DNA from: Euprymna scolopes
Taxonomy: Eukaryota
DNA: 64,000 nt
Direction: 5' to 3' (one strand)
Assembly (NCBI GenBank): GCA_053919585.1
Contig: CM132787.1
In this document: piece by piece, positions 39,828 through 52,924 of the stretch
How the letters are laid out: each line of letters begins with the position of its first letter
Position numbering within the stretch: position 1 is the first letter of the stretch
Program-made: the position numbers and the translations under genes
Notes under the pieces: generated by a model
What the model was told of the DNA's origin: nothing
Seen by the model: only the letters and a program-made list of their open reading frames with translations
Database searches by the model: none

Positions 39828-40172
39828 ATTACAAAAGAAAAATGCGAGCATGAAAAGTAATATGGTTAAGCTTAAACACGAAAAAGTAGAGGACTAGTTG
39901 TTAAAACTAGAAAAGAAAAGGACAAGATATTCTAGTAAAAATATAATGAAGTTATGACTTAAAATATTGCAGCATTAATAATTGATTATATAATGTCATA
40001 AATAAAAATTTAAAAACAATCTTAACGGCGCAATATTTTAAGCTATAAATTTATTATATTTTAACTAGAATATCTTGTCCTTTTCTTTTCCAGTTTTAAC
40101 AACTAGTTCTTTAGTTTTCTATGTTTAAGCTTAACCGTATTACTTTTCATGCTCCCATTTTTCTATTGTAAT
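39828..40172. repeat. Foldback inverted repeat with ~155-bp arms and a short spacer
   Basis: gagcatgaaaagtaata...gaaaagaaaaggacaagatattctagt is mirrored in 40017-40172. Confidence 0.85.
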
Positions 40173-40852
40173 CCATGATTTTTTCAGGCTTCCAATAAAT
40201 TCACCTTTTCTTTGTTTAATTTCAGTCTTATTTTTTGTCACCATAAACACATATGTAATAACAATGCACGACACACGTCTGCTTTCAATACCTCCCCAAT
40301 TATCTCCCTTTCATGCTTTCATTTTCTCTGTTTCACTTGTTTCTTCTCGTTTCGAGACAACAGTGAATTAGTAGCAACAGTAGTCGCTGAAGCGACGTGG
40401 TTGCTATGGAAACCAGTTATAAAAAGCGTCGCTTACCTCCTTACATATTTTTACGGTTTTGAACACCAGAGAATTCATTATTACTTTTGTTTTACTGAAC
40501 GAAAATTGAGAAAATAAATATCACAATATAGCTGAGAAGGTGATTTATAAACTGTATATAATTGTTTGAAATTTGATCGAAAAATGAGTGAGAGGTGAAG
40601 TTTTAAAGCAGTTGTAAATGACTAAAACTGCCACTTAATCACATATTCAAACCCTACCTTGTTTGATGGATATTAATTACTAAGCTAAACACTTTAAAAA
40701 ATTGTGACGAATAATTGTGAGATCTCTTTTTTATATGCTGTGCTTCAAGGACATTCACATTTTAATTTTTGGTTCCTAGCGTAAAACTTTTGTATTATTG
40801 GCTAAGCCCTATATAAATTCTGTCTTGTGTTTCATTTTACTTAAGTGGACGT

Positions 40853-40917
<65 letters not shown>

Positions 40918-41208
40918 AATTCTTGGTACAGCAAAATGGAAGGAGAAATTTCAGAGGAAACATAATTTAATTTAAATACCAAAAAAAAAAAAAAAAAAAA
41001 ACGGGCAGGTGAAATTATTAAAATTTCCTTAAGGCCTTATCGTCTGATTTTGAAACATCAGTTGGAGATATTTATTGATTTAAAACCACCAGAACAGTGA
41101 GATTTTTTTTTCTCACTGGTCTTCCAACTGAAACCAAATTCCCTTCTTTCCTCATTCGTTTCTTAGTTTTTAATTTATCATTCTGACGTTTCCTTTTAGA
41201 GGGTCATA

Positions 41209-41277
<69 letters not shown>

Positions 41278-41280
<3 letters not shown>

Positions 41281-42607
41281 TCGTGAGCAAAAAAAAAAAA
41301 ATGGGCCAAACAAATTTTATACATTTTATCGCACTAAATGCTATATTGAACAAAGAACAATTGAACAAGGAAAATTAAACGAGACTAATAACACAGAACA
41401 AGACATTTATTTTAATAAATGCTTCAGATGGAATCGAATTCCCTTTTTATTTCTTTAAAAGACCAATCCATTTAGACATGCTCTCAACCAAAGTGGAACA
41501 TTGTGAAGAGGAGATGCTATTCCATTCGCTTTTCACAGCTTCCCACAATTTGTCATTGTTCGAAAAAGTTCTTCCATCCAATGCACGAGATATTATGGAT
41601 AAAATATTCTCGATTTGGTTTAAATCGGGGCATTGACCTGGCCAAAATATCACATTTATTGAATTTTGAATTATCAGAAAACAATTTTTAGTGACTTTAG
41701 CAGTGTGTGCAAGGACATTATCATGTTGAAAAATAATGTTCTGAGACGAGCTCCTGGACACTTGGTAACAGTCCTGTTTCTAATATTCGAATGTATTCCT
41801 TTGCATTGATTGACTTCTCACATCTAATAAGTTCACCAACTCCTGCTGCAGTAAAAGTTCCCCATATCATTATCCCTCCATTCCGGTGTTTAACTCTCGT
41901 TTTTATGCAACTTGGTGAAAATCTTTCTCCAGTTCTTGGATTGCACCATTCGGGAGCATCGGGAGCATCAATAACAAGACAAAATCTTGATTCATCTGAC
42001 CAGAAAACATTCCTGAACCAGTCTATATCTTTCTTGCCATAATACGAGAAAAATCTCTTTCTATCATTGATGTTCTTAGATAAAAATGCCTTATTTGCAC
42101 ACCTTTTAGCAGAAAATCCCATTTCTTTCATTCTTCTAGATATTGTATATATAGAAAGAGAATTTCCAGTCCCTGTTTTGAATGCTTTGCTATGGTCAAC
42201 ATAATTTGTCTTTCAATCCTTCAAAACAGTTCATTTAAGCCTGTGGTCGTCCTTCAAGTGAATGCTCTAGGACGACCACATCCAGATTTCCCTTTTACCA
42301 AGCAAGCGACTTCGAACCTTCGACCAATTCGCTTCACTACAGAAAGAGATGTTTTCACTTTTTCTTTTCTTAAATCTGCTTGTAAGTCATTTTGGAGTGC
42401 CTTAATTCTGCAATTCGTTTTTTATATCCTCATCAAGATGCGGTCTTACCATTTTTAGGATTGATTTTTCCGCTTATTATTATTATTGCTATAATAATAA
42501 TGATCTGACAAATAGAAATTTTCAGTAAAATTAACAAAAATTCATGAAAAAATATTGAAAAATCGATTTCTTCCTTCTTTCTCTCTTGGCCCATTTTTTT
42601 GCTCATG

Positions 42608-42611
<4 letters not shown>
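41278..42611 (-). mobile_element. Tc1 (DD34E-type) transposon in a (TA)n array; transposase disrupted
   Basis: TIR cactcgtgagc(a)ntgggccaa has its inverse at 42586-42611. Motifs FWSDESRF, IMIWG, FQHDN and WPGQCPDLNQIEN. Confidence 0.93.
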
Positions 42612-42682
<71 letters not shown>

Positions 42683-42686
<4 letters not shown>

Positions 42687-42980
42687 GTGTCCCAATAAAA
42701 AGTATACACTCTTTAAATAACCATAAAATCAACATTTATTATAAGAAAGAAAAGTTTCATACATGAAAATACTGTAAACAAATATAGAAATCAGCTAAAT
42801 ATCGAAAATGTTCAAATTATTGGACATTGTTGTCCATGGGCAATTAACAACGCTCACTGATTGAATCGAAAACGTTCCCAATCAGTTCAATTGGTATGTT
42901 AATTTATCTTCTTTCAATGGTTGCTTTCAACTCATTGATTGTAGCTTGTTTTGTGGTGTGAACCCTGTGTTTAACATACT
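42683..42980 (-). mobile_element. 3' end of another Tc1/mariner-superfamily element
   Basis: End agggtgtcccaa. The minus strand reads YVKHRVHTTKQATINELKATI...IPIELI...FEH, a typical transposase C-terminus. Confidence 0.65.
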
Positions 42981-43339
42981 AACACTGATCTCTATAGACA
43001 CTGTATTAGTAAAAAAAATGTCGATAATAAGTTTTCCTCTCCAACATTAGCGATTTAAATATATTGTGGTATACCTTTCTTATGGTCTCTGTTTTTACCC
43101 GATGCCAGGACAAGAATTTCTTTTGCCTGATGGAGTATCCATCTTTGTGTTATTACTTGAGGTAATATAACTTGAAGAAGGTGCCCCATTCCTCGTAAAA
43201 GCCAGTGTTGGCTAGCCGTACTGGGGTGATCTTATTTGGGCTGCAAATATTATGTAATTTTGAATATTTCGCCAGGAGTAACTTGTAGAGAAAAGCATCC
43301 TCATACCAGGTTGTCCTGACAAACCTGTGCACCTGTGGT

Positions 43340-43730
43340 GCTATTCGAATTTAGCAAATTTCTAAAAGTAGAATTACAGTTATTAAAGAAACCGTAATTA
43401 GATACTTTGAAAAATATCTTATCCGAAAATACAGCTTTCACAAACAATTTCAAATGAAAGGTGGTTGCGTTGTTTCTATAATTCGTACCGTCACAGACTA
43501 CTAAGTTGGTAGTGTTCACTAAATGTCTTATTAATTTTACTCTGCTCAATCACGCATGAGCATGAGGTATCTGGTCGATGTATATATAATTCAATTATCT
43601 GGTCCATGTATATATAATTCAAAAATATACCCGGAAAACTATGTGCGAGAGAGATCCCAGCTATTATGTTTGAACGGAACGGTTAAATTCTTAAATTAGT
43701 TTTTATTCTGTGTAATCGGGTAAATGACAC
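43340..43730. repeat. Local dispersed repeat with copies at 45147-45280 (partial) and 45677-46027
   Basis: aaatttctaaaa.tagaattaca...ccgaaaatacagctttcacaaacaa...tctgtgtaatcgggtaaat is shared. Confidence 0.85.
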
Positions 43731-43851
43731 TCGAGGATAGTTTCGAGTTGGGCATTCAAGTTCTCTCTAGTAGGAATTCAAGTTCTCTCCAGTAGGCATT
43801 TAAGATCTCTCTCTATGTAAATGTCGGCAATCATGTTATTTCAAATGTCAA

Positions 43852-44008
43852 CTCTCCCCGTGACGGCCATCAGAGTGTGTGGTATGTTTTCATCGATGAA
43901 ACCTGTCTGGGTGGGTGTCTGCATTGTGGTGATATGTTTTGAACATCCATCACAGGCAGCGTTCCATGAAGAAGGCTTACCACACCCTGATGCCCGTGAC
44001 AGGGAGAG
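43852..44008. other. 157-bp imperfect long hairpin
   Basis: ctctccccgtgacggccatcagagtgtgtggta pairs with taccacaccctgatgcccgtgacagggagag, and the inner segments pair too. Confidence 0.75.
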
Positions 44009-44629
44009 GATGTTGTGCACTGCGTTTTATTAGTATACCAGCTTTTTATTAATATATTTATTTCAATGATGACCTACTTATGCCCATATCGATGTCACGT
44101 GACATCTACAACATGCGCATCGGTTTTATATTTGTTCTCTATCGTCCCTTCAGGATATGGTTACTGTCACTGCGAAAATTTCTGAAAAATCGTGTCTGCT
44201 TGTTATTTTACTATTATTCATATCTCTGATGAATTTAATGTTCACAATGCTAAATGTTTAGTCCACTAAAACAAGAAAGGTTTTGTTACAATTTTTCCTT
44301 AGTTTATTATCTAAATTAAATTATTAAATTTAAGATAAAGAAATAATGTGTCGTCCATGGAATTTCAATAATCAGCCGTTGGATGTCGTGAAAAGAGAAG
44401 AGAGCTTGAGGAGAATAATGTTGTCCGAAAGTTTCAACTTGGATCAGAAAACCATCGTTAATATTAGAAATCTAAAGCAAAGTATGGACATTTTTTATAA
44501 CAATAGAGCCGAAAACCTCTGGTCCTTTTTTTTTTTACTGATTCGCTGGAATTTTGTAAAAAAAATCCTCAATGACTATATACAAACTCCATGCTAATAA
44601 CAATCTTCAACACAATTTTTATGAACAGT

Positions 44630-45330
44630 ATAATAAAAATCGTAAACCTCGTCATAAATATTAGCATAAACATCATGATATCATCAACATTATCGCCATA
44701 AACATTATCATAAACATCACCATAAACATCATCATAAACATTATTATAAAAATCACAATGCACATCATCATAAACATCTTCATAAAATCGTTATAAACAT
44801 CGTCATAAATATCATCATAAACACTATCATAAATATCGTGATTAACGTTGCCATACACATTAACAATCATCATAAAGATTAGCATAAGCATCGTCATAAA
44901 TATTATAAACATCATGGTAAACATTATCATAAATATCGTCATGAAAATCGTCATAAACAAGATTATAAACATTATCATAAATATCGTCATATATATCATC
45001 ATAAGCATGGTCATAAACATCGTTATAAACATTATCATAAACATAGGCATAGAAATAAACATAAACATAGTCATAAACATTATCATAAAAACGAAATAAA
45101 TATCATAGCAACCATCGTCGTAAATATCGCCATAAACATCATCATAGAGTTTCGTAAATTTCTAAAATTAGAATTACAATTATTAAAGAAACTGCAATTA
45201 GATACTTTGCAAAATATCTTTCCGAAAATACAGCTTTCACAAACAAGTTCAAATAAAAGGGGGTGCGTTCTTTCTATAAAAGACATCCTTTTAAGCATCA
45301 TCATAAATATCTTCATTAACATTATACTAA
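44630..45330. repeat. 12-bp satellite (ATCATCATAAAC)n, degenerate, interrupted at 45147-45280
   Basis: Direct reading; 4-aa periodic ORFs. Confidence 0.9.
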
Positions 45331-47479
45331 AAACCTAGCAAAGATATAGCAATCGTATGCAACATCATCATTAGGAACATCTTAACGATCATCATCAGCA
45401 ACAACAGCATCAGTAGTACAAAAATCATATATAAAAAATTTGATCATTTTAAGTTGATTTTTTACGCTAGTCCGAAAATCTCGCCAGAAGTAGTGATTAA
45501 TTGCGTAACAGATTTATTGAACACTTGACGAATCTCTCTTGAGATTTGCTTGAGATGAAAACAATATTTTTTGATGCATGGATCGATCAGTTTAAACCAA
45601 ATCGAAATAATGATTGAACAGTAAAGATGAAATTATTTTAAGTGCTGCTCAATTGTGTCTGTGTCGATGCTATTCGGAGTTTCGTAAATTTCTAAAATTA
45701 GAATTACAATTATAAAAGAAACTGCAATTAGATACTTTGCAAAATATCTTGTCCGAAAATACAGCTTTCACAAACAAGTTCAAATAAAAGGGGGCGCGTT
45801 CTTTCTATAATTCGTACCGTCACAGACTACTGAGTCTGTGGTGTTGACTAAATGTCATGTCAGTTTTATTCTGCTCAATCACGCATGAGGTATCGGAGCG
45901 ATGTAATTAGAATTCAAAAATATACCGGGCGAACTAAGTGCCAGAGAGATCCCAGCAATTGTGTTTAAACGAAACGGTTAAATTCTAAAATAGATGTTTC
46001 AGTTTTAGTCTGTGTAATCGGGTAAATATTTGGTATTCGGTAGGATGCGCCAACCCATCTAAAAGAAAACAGTAAATAAGACTTTTTAAATGTTAAAGTT
46101 TTTTTACCGTTTGTTTTAGATAATAAAATAGTAAAAAATATGAAAAATTTAAATTTTTACAGAAACATATCTCACGTACTGGATAGTTATTTCTATTGTA
46201 GGTGAAATATTGGATTATAGCATTGTTTACTGCGTTAACATATACGGTAAGCACTCTGTGAAAGCAGGCACTTGTAACATATTGATCCTAAGAGATCGCT
46301 GATCATGACTAACAGTGAAAGAGTTCGTGGAAGTTTAATTACAATTTATTTTCGAACGGAGATTGAGGAAAAGAAATACACAAGATGATCCATGAATAAA
46401 TATCTATTTTATTTCTGTTTTGCTTAACCGAATTACAACACGCATAATGTTAAATCTTATAGTCAGTGATGGTAAACGAATGAAGGTCGATATAAAAGAA
46501 TCCGGTGTTTTTCAAACCTTATCAAGAGTTGAATCGAGATCAATTTAGATTAAGTTTATATAAAAATCTGTAACACACAGGCATTCACTTATAAACGCCC
46601 ATTCTGGAGTTTCATCTTCGCAGTCAATGTGATGCGTTTATCTGTCGATAGTGTTTTCCGTCTGGTTTATACTTTGAATAGCATCATCTTTGCAGATGGT
46701 TGTGCGTCAATGAGAAATTATCTGGTTTCCGACAATCGGCGGTGTTTCTGTTTCTTTCGGCCATTAACCTTTTTTTTTAAATTTCTTCCGGCCAGGTGCA
46801 TGTCTGTGTCAAGTACGTTTTATTCTCGTCACGTTATATTCAGCATATCTATGATTAAATATTTGTATTTTCTTATTGATATAATTTTAACAGAAAATGA
46901 ATATTAAAACAAAGTGTCAAACATGGAATATTATTGAAAATTTAATATAGAAGTTAGCATTCGCTCTCAGCATATCAAGTCGGATGAGATCCGTATCATC
47001 TAGTTTCGCAAAAAAACACTTTAAAAACAATATAATCAAGGCTAAAATATACTTGTAGATAATTGTTATTGAGTTTGATACATTGGCAGTTATTACGAAT
47101 AATATAAGAAGATTAGAACGTTAGACAACATTAGAACTTCAAGCAACAGCTGAACCAAAGAACAATAATTATTTTTCCTTTGTTAGAAAGATCGCTCATG
47201 AAATGTGACGACTTTTAGTTTTCATATTCCATTAACAATGTGTTTTAGAATGTTAATTGAATGTTTAAAAGAATAGGATTGAACGACGGCAATCCGCGAT
47301 CATTTAAAATATAAACCTCCCCAAACTGAAAAGTTAGAAAAGGGAGAGAAAAAATATACATCGGCATCAACAGCAGAAAAGAAAAAAGAACATCAGCAAG
47401 AAAAACGGCTGATTATAGAAATAGATTTGCTCATCCCTTTCCTTATTTGTCGGGCAGACTTTTGTGTAATGAGACGATA

Positions 47480-48202
47480 TCTATAATATAACGTTGAATG
47501 TGTGTGTGTGTGTGTGTGTGTGGTCACGAATTGGCTCCTATATGGTTGACTATTAAAAAAAGCTGATTATATATAATGATAGAAAATGTATTAAGACACC
47601 GGAATGGGTATGTTTGATCTGGCAGAACGGTGATTCATTAACATTGTTGGGTCTGCGTTCGCGCCTGGTCCACAAAGTATGGAAATAAAAAAATTAAAAA
47701 TTAAATAAAAACGTTTACAATGTTTTTGATATAGATGTACATAAGAATACTTTGATAAGTATGTTTTAACTTAAATAAGGATGGTATAATAAAATTGTAT
47801 ATACAGAATGGAAATAGGCAAAAACTTTAACAAAGACCTTTCATATCTATCTGTGTAAGCATACTTTGATAATTACGTTTCAGTTTGAAGAAATATAGTA
47901 TAATAAAATTATGGGGTGTTCGTTCGCGCCTGACCTCCATAGAATGGAAATATGTCACAAAGTTTAACAAGGTTTTTTAATATAGATCCACAGAATATTG
48001 TGATAAGTGTTTCAGTGTGAACAGGTATGATATAATAAATTATGGGGTTTATCTATTTTATTTTTACTTTCATCATATTTTGCTTTGGTTTGGATACCCC
48101 TTAATTCGAAGTTATCTCATTAAAATCCTTCCTTTTCATAACATATCATACTTTCATAAATCAGTGTCCATTTTCTGTAGGCTGTTTTTGAACCCAGTCA
48201 AC
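47480..48202 (+). mobile_element. Non-autonomous Helitron, 3' end lost in a gap
   Basis: a|TCTATAATATAAC start; homologous to 36098-36868. Confidence 0.85.
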
Positions 48203-48739
48203 NNNNNNNNNNNNNNNNNNNNNNNNNNNNNNNNNNNNNNNNNNNNNNNNNNNNNNNNNNNNNNNNNNNNNNNNNNNNNNNNNNNNNNNNNNNNNNNNNN
48301 NNNNNNNNNNNNNNNNNNNNNNNNNNNNNNNNNNNNNNNNNNNNNNNNNNNNNNNAACATCCGCTTCGTTCAAATTAGAGGATACTGTTCAAGTTTCGTG
48401 ATAAAAAAATGTGCTGCAGTTAACTTTAATTTTCTAAGAATTAAGAAATAGTAAATGAACTTCATTGCTATATGATACTTTAAGTATATATTAAGTTGGG
48501 TTTACGATATACTGCAAGTAAGAATTGTTAAATATTATTACCAGGAACAAAAACATTGAAAATAAATTAAACCTACTCTTAATGTGTAGGTATTTATTAC
48601 ATAAGTTATCATCTACAGAAATCATACATTTATGCAAAATAGTTTTTTTTATTTATTTATTGAATGAGTCTCATTGCAGTTTCTATTTTCATCGATTGAC
48701 CTCTCGTATTCCGTAAGCGATCACGAAAATCTACAATTC

Positions 48740-49405
48740 CTTCCTTCTGTAGCTTCTTTATGATTATATCTCCTCGGAGTGACATTGCTTGCAAAACATA
48801 GTTGTCACTAAAGTAAGGACTTTTTTCTAGAAATTTAATAACCATCTCCATAGACTTTTCTGCATCATCCCTAAATATTGCTTCATCAGAGTGTTCTTGG
48901 TTATTTACATTAGGCTCAAGAGAATGGGAGCTATCGCTATTCTCATCACCATTACTACCTTTAGGATATTGATCAGTAGTTTCCTCATCTTGTTGCATCC
49001 ACATTTCAACATCATTTGCATTAAGTGATTTAAGAACAGCGTGGTTGGTCGGTAACCGTTTGGTTTGAAGAATTTTTTCTAGACCAGTTGCAAGCCATTG
49101 TGATGGGTTGTTTTACACTATTTTAAATGTAGCAATCTGAAAAAAAATTACAGTTAGTGTAAATTAATTATCAATAGCAAATCTATATTAATTACATAGT
49201 ACCAATATAAACATTTCTGCGCAATATCTGACTAAACCATGTAAACAATTTTACTGCAACTCCGCATCAAATATGCTAATACAATTTCAATGACAAGACA
49301 GTTCGTTTAGAGAAAGTCCAGATTTAGAAGAAGTCCAAATGAGAGGAAGTCCAAATGAGAGAAAGTCCAACTTTAGAGGAAGTTCAAATTAAAGGAGTTT
49401 TACTG
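48740..49405 (-). mobile_element. pogo/Tigger-type transposon remnant
   Basis: End TA|cagtaaaactcctttaatttgaact with ~19-bp subterminal repeats. The ORF piece NDVEMWMQQDE...DAEKSMEMVIKFLEK resembles a pogo C-terminus. Confidence 0.6.
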
Positions 49406-49689
49406 TATATATATATATGGTATATTTCGTTAAATAAAATAGCCATTTTTTGTCTATCAGTTCTATTTTCGATCTTTCCAACTTCTGCATAACAATCTAC
49501 AGTTCTGGTGGGAACTGGCTGATGTAACCACCATATTTATCATAAGTCCGAGTACTTTCCAATCCTTCAGGATTCATCGTTAGGGATAAATTAATCTAAC
49601 TGCTTTTGAACAATTTTTTTCTCCTCATTAATTAATTATTTTGCCTTTTTTCCCATTTGTTTAATTAAATATGCCATTGAGAAAAATGC

Positions 49690-49771
<82 letters not shown>

Positions 49772-50244
49772 AGCTATGTCCGATTATGTGGTGCTTAGTA
49801 TGGTAAAATGAAAAAAAAAGACAGAGTACACATTTCTTATATGCGTAATTTCACAGTGCTTTCGAATACACAATGTTTGACAATCTCTAATAATTGCGCT
49901 CCCAAAACAAAATTGGCGGAAATGAATACAATTGGTGCTAATATGGAACAGAAGCCACAAAGCATCAAACGAAACACGAAACCATGCAAAAACATGCCAC
50001 TTAATAAAACTATCACAGTGTTAATAATTCTTGTAGTAATTTATTGAATATATTATTTCAAAAAGACTAAAAAATTCTTTATTTTTTTATTGTTTCGTGT
50101 GCAAATTGCGAAACCATGTAGAGGTGTTCTGTTTCCAGAAAGTGTTTTCTTTTCGATACTTTTTGTGTTATCATAAAAATGATAAACTTTAATTTTTACA
50201 TTTCTTTGATTTTTTTTAGCTTTAACAATAAAAAATACTGAGAT

Positions 50245-50975
50245 GATTTTTTAAAACATTTTCATCCCAAACAAGGCACATCGCCACTTTGATGTAGGGG
50301 GGCTATTATCAGGGACATAAGTTACAGGGATACTTTGTAGGGGGTTGGGCAGCAAGATGTCGTTTCACGTTACACTTGAATTTCTGCATGTCAGTACAGT
50401 TGGAGAAGCAGGGTCCCGGAAGGAAGTTCCAAAGTCTAGCGGTTCTGGGGAAGAAACTACTAAAGTAGAAGGCTCTCTTACATCTAGGGATCTCTAATGT
50501 GAAAGGGTGGGATTTAGCTGCTTGTCGGGTCTGTCGGGGGTATTTACGTCGAGGGGTACAAGTGCTTGCAGTTCGTCAGAGCATTCAGCGTTAAAGTACT
50601 TGTAGAACAGGCAAAGAGATGCAACATTTTGTCGATGGGACAGTGGCTGAAGCTTAGATGATAGTTCAGGACCTATTAGGTTGGCGAATCTCTTTTGGAC
50701 CTTGCTCAGGAGCAAGAGACTACTAGCAGGTGCACCAGCCCAAATATGACAACAATACTCCATGCATGGGCGAATGGTGGCCTTATAGAGGTACATGATA
50801 CTTTCGGGCGCTAGTAGCTTTCTAGCACGGTAGAGAGATCCTACTTTCTTCGCAGCGGTCCTGGCAATACTCTCAATGTAATTGTTCCAACCCATGTTTC
50901 CTGTGAACGTTAGGCCGAGGAGTTTAAAAGATCTACTTTTAGATAAAGAGTCTGTAGCCATTGCTATTGGTGGTA
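50245..50975 (-). mobile_element. CR1-type LINE 3' fragment (second subfamily)
   Basis: ORF 50494-50979 carries RT C-terminal motifs; the 3' UTR matches 5735-5900. Confidence 0.9.
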
Positions 50976-52664
50976 ACAATAAACAACTGTTATTTTTTAC
51001 ATTTCTTTAATTTTCTCTTTTAATACATGTGTCATCACGCAAGAATATAAAAATATAGAACATTTCTCTTTTTTACCTTTCTATAAATGAAATCTTTTTG
51101 AAATAATGTATTAAATACTCTCACAAGAAATAATGAAACTGAGATAGGTTTTTGAAATATGATGTTTTTGTATAGTTTCATCTTTCATTTCATGCTTGGT
51201 GGTATCTATTCCGTATTTGCATCAATTGTATCCATTTCCACCATCTTTGTTTTGGGAACGCCATTGTTAGAAATTGCCATATATTTTTTATTTTTTTCTG
51301 TTTTTGTTGTAGTTATAAAGATCGTCTGGTTTAGCCACCGAAAACACGCAACATTTATTTGTCCATGTGGAAGGCTGGGATAGGTTTATGTAAACAGCAC
51401 AGTTGTAAAGATGTTCACTTACCGTTGTGAAGTAATGCCGAATTAATACGTTTTTAACTCTGCGACGTCAAAAACATGTTATTCTATATTTCTATATTTC
51501 TAAAAAAATATTTTTTAAATCAATAAATATTTAATAAAGTAATATATTGTTATAATTCTAAAAAGTCGATTCAAATAATTGTAAAAAAACATTTATGCAA
51601 AATATATTTTTTTAGAATATTAAGTGCAGGTTAGTTACTTATTTATTAAAAACAAAGACAGAAAGTCCCGTTTCGTAACATTGTTATTATATTAATTCTA
51701 GGTTTTCACCTGACACCTGTCCTGGCGGATTTCGATCGCCAATGCTTCTGTTTTACTTTTTTGTAAGGTTTAAGTTCCAATTTTTCTTTTAATATTATAC
51801 ACGTGGATATATTAAATAAAATAGTCGAAACAGAAAGTTTGTGTTTAAGAAAAAGTCTGTTTTTTTTTTGTTTGAGAATTCATCAAATGTTTGGTTTACT
51901 TCAACAATTTNNNNNNNNNNNNNNNNNNNNNNNNNNNNNNNNNNNNNNNNNNNNNNNNNNNNNNNNNNNNNNNNNNNNNNNNNNNNNNNNNNNNNNNNNN
52001 NNNNNNNNNNNNNNNNNNNNNNNNNNNNNNNNNNNNNNNNNNNNNCTTGATCTTGAAGGTAAATACGATTAGTTAGCAGAATTAATTTTTGTTAACAAAG
52101 TTATAAACTCTGAATTAGGGTTCGTTTTAGTACGAAATTAATGTCGTGAGAAAGTGGACATTCTAATTCGTCAAAATATTTAAACGACAAATCAGGATAT
52201 ATTTTTTATTCGTTTACATAAATATTTAGTGTTTTATCGTTGAAGAAAGAAATTTTAAAGAATGGTAAGAAAATGTCTAGTCAGTCAACAAAGGTTGAAT
52301 AACTAAGGATTGTTACGTGCTCAGTGATAATTCCCTTATAATAAAATGGCCACTTAGTCACAAAGAAAACCAAATTACTTATTAAATAAAACTTTAGTAT
52401 AACGTTATAATTAAAAAGTGATATATAAAAACACGCATGTATTCGATTAAAATGCTATAGCAAAATTTCAAGTCAATCAGTAAATTCGTTTTTTTTTTTT
52501 TTTTAGATTACCTATTAAAACATACGAACGTTTTACATTTCCCGGGAATCTATACTGTCATTTTAGCACCCTCTTTTAAACTGTTCTTTTGATATGACGT
52601 TTTCAAATATGGCGTGACCATATGTGACATATGCTATGACTTCATATATGACGCATACTTCACA

Positions 52665-52696
<32 letters not shown>

Positions 52697-52924
52697 CATC
52701 TGCTATGATGTCATGTATGAGGTAAGTGAACAAACAAATAAACACAAATGGGAATACAGCTCTATTATAATAGATAATATAAACATTGCTCCCTATTAAT
52801 AAGTGAACTGCTATTAAATTTCGTTGATTGTTACTTTTTTGTCTTAACATAGTGCAGAATCCACTTCGAAATGTAGTGGTGGGTGATATTTCTTCTTTTC
52901 TACAGTTAATCTCTAACATGAGAT

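Noticed and set aside
44569-45099. Asp/Tyr- and Met-rich ORFs (also 53530-53901)
   Set aside because: They are translations of the 12-bp satellite, open in several frames, with no gene context.
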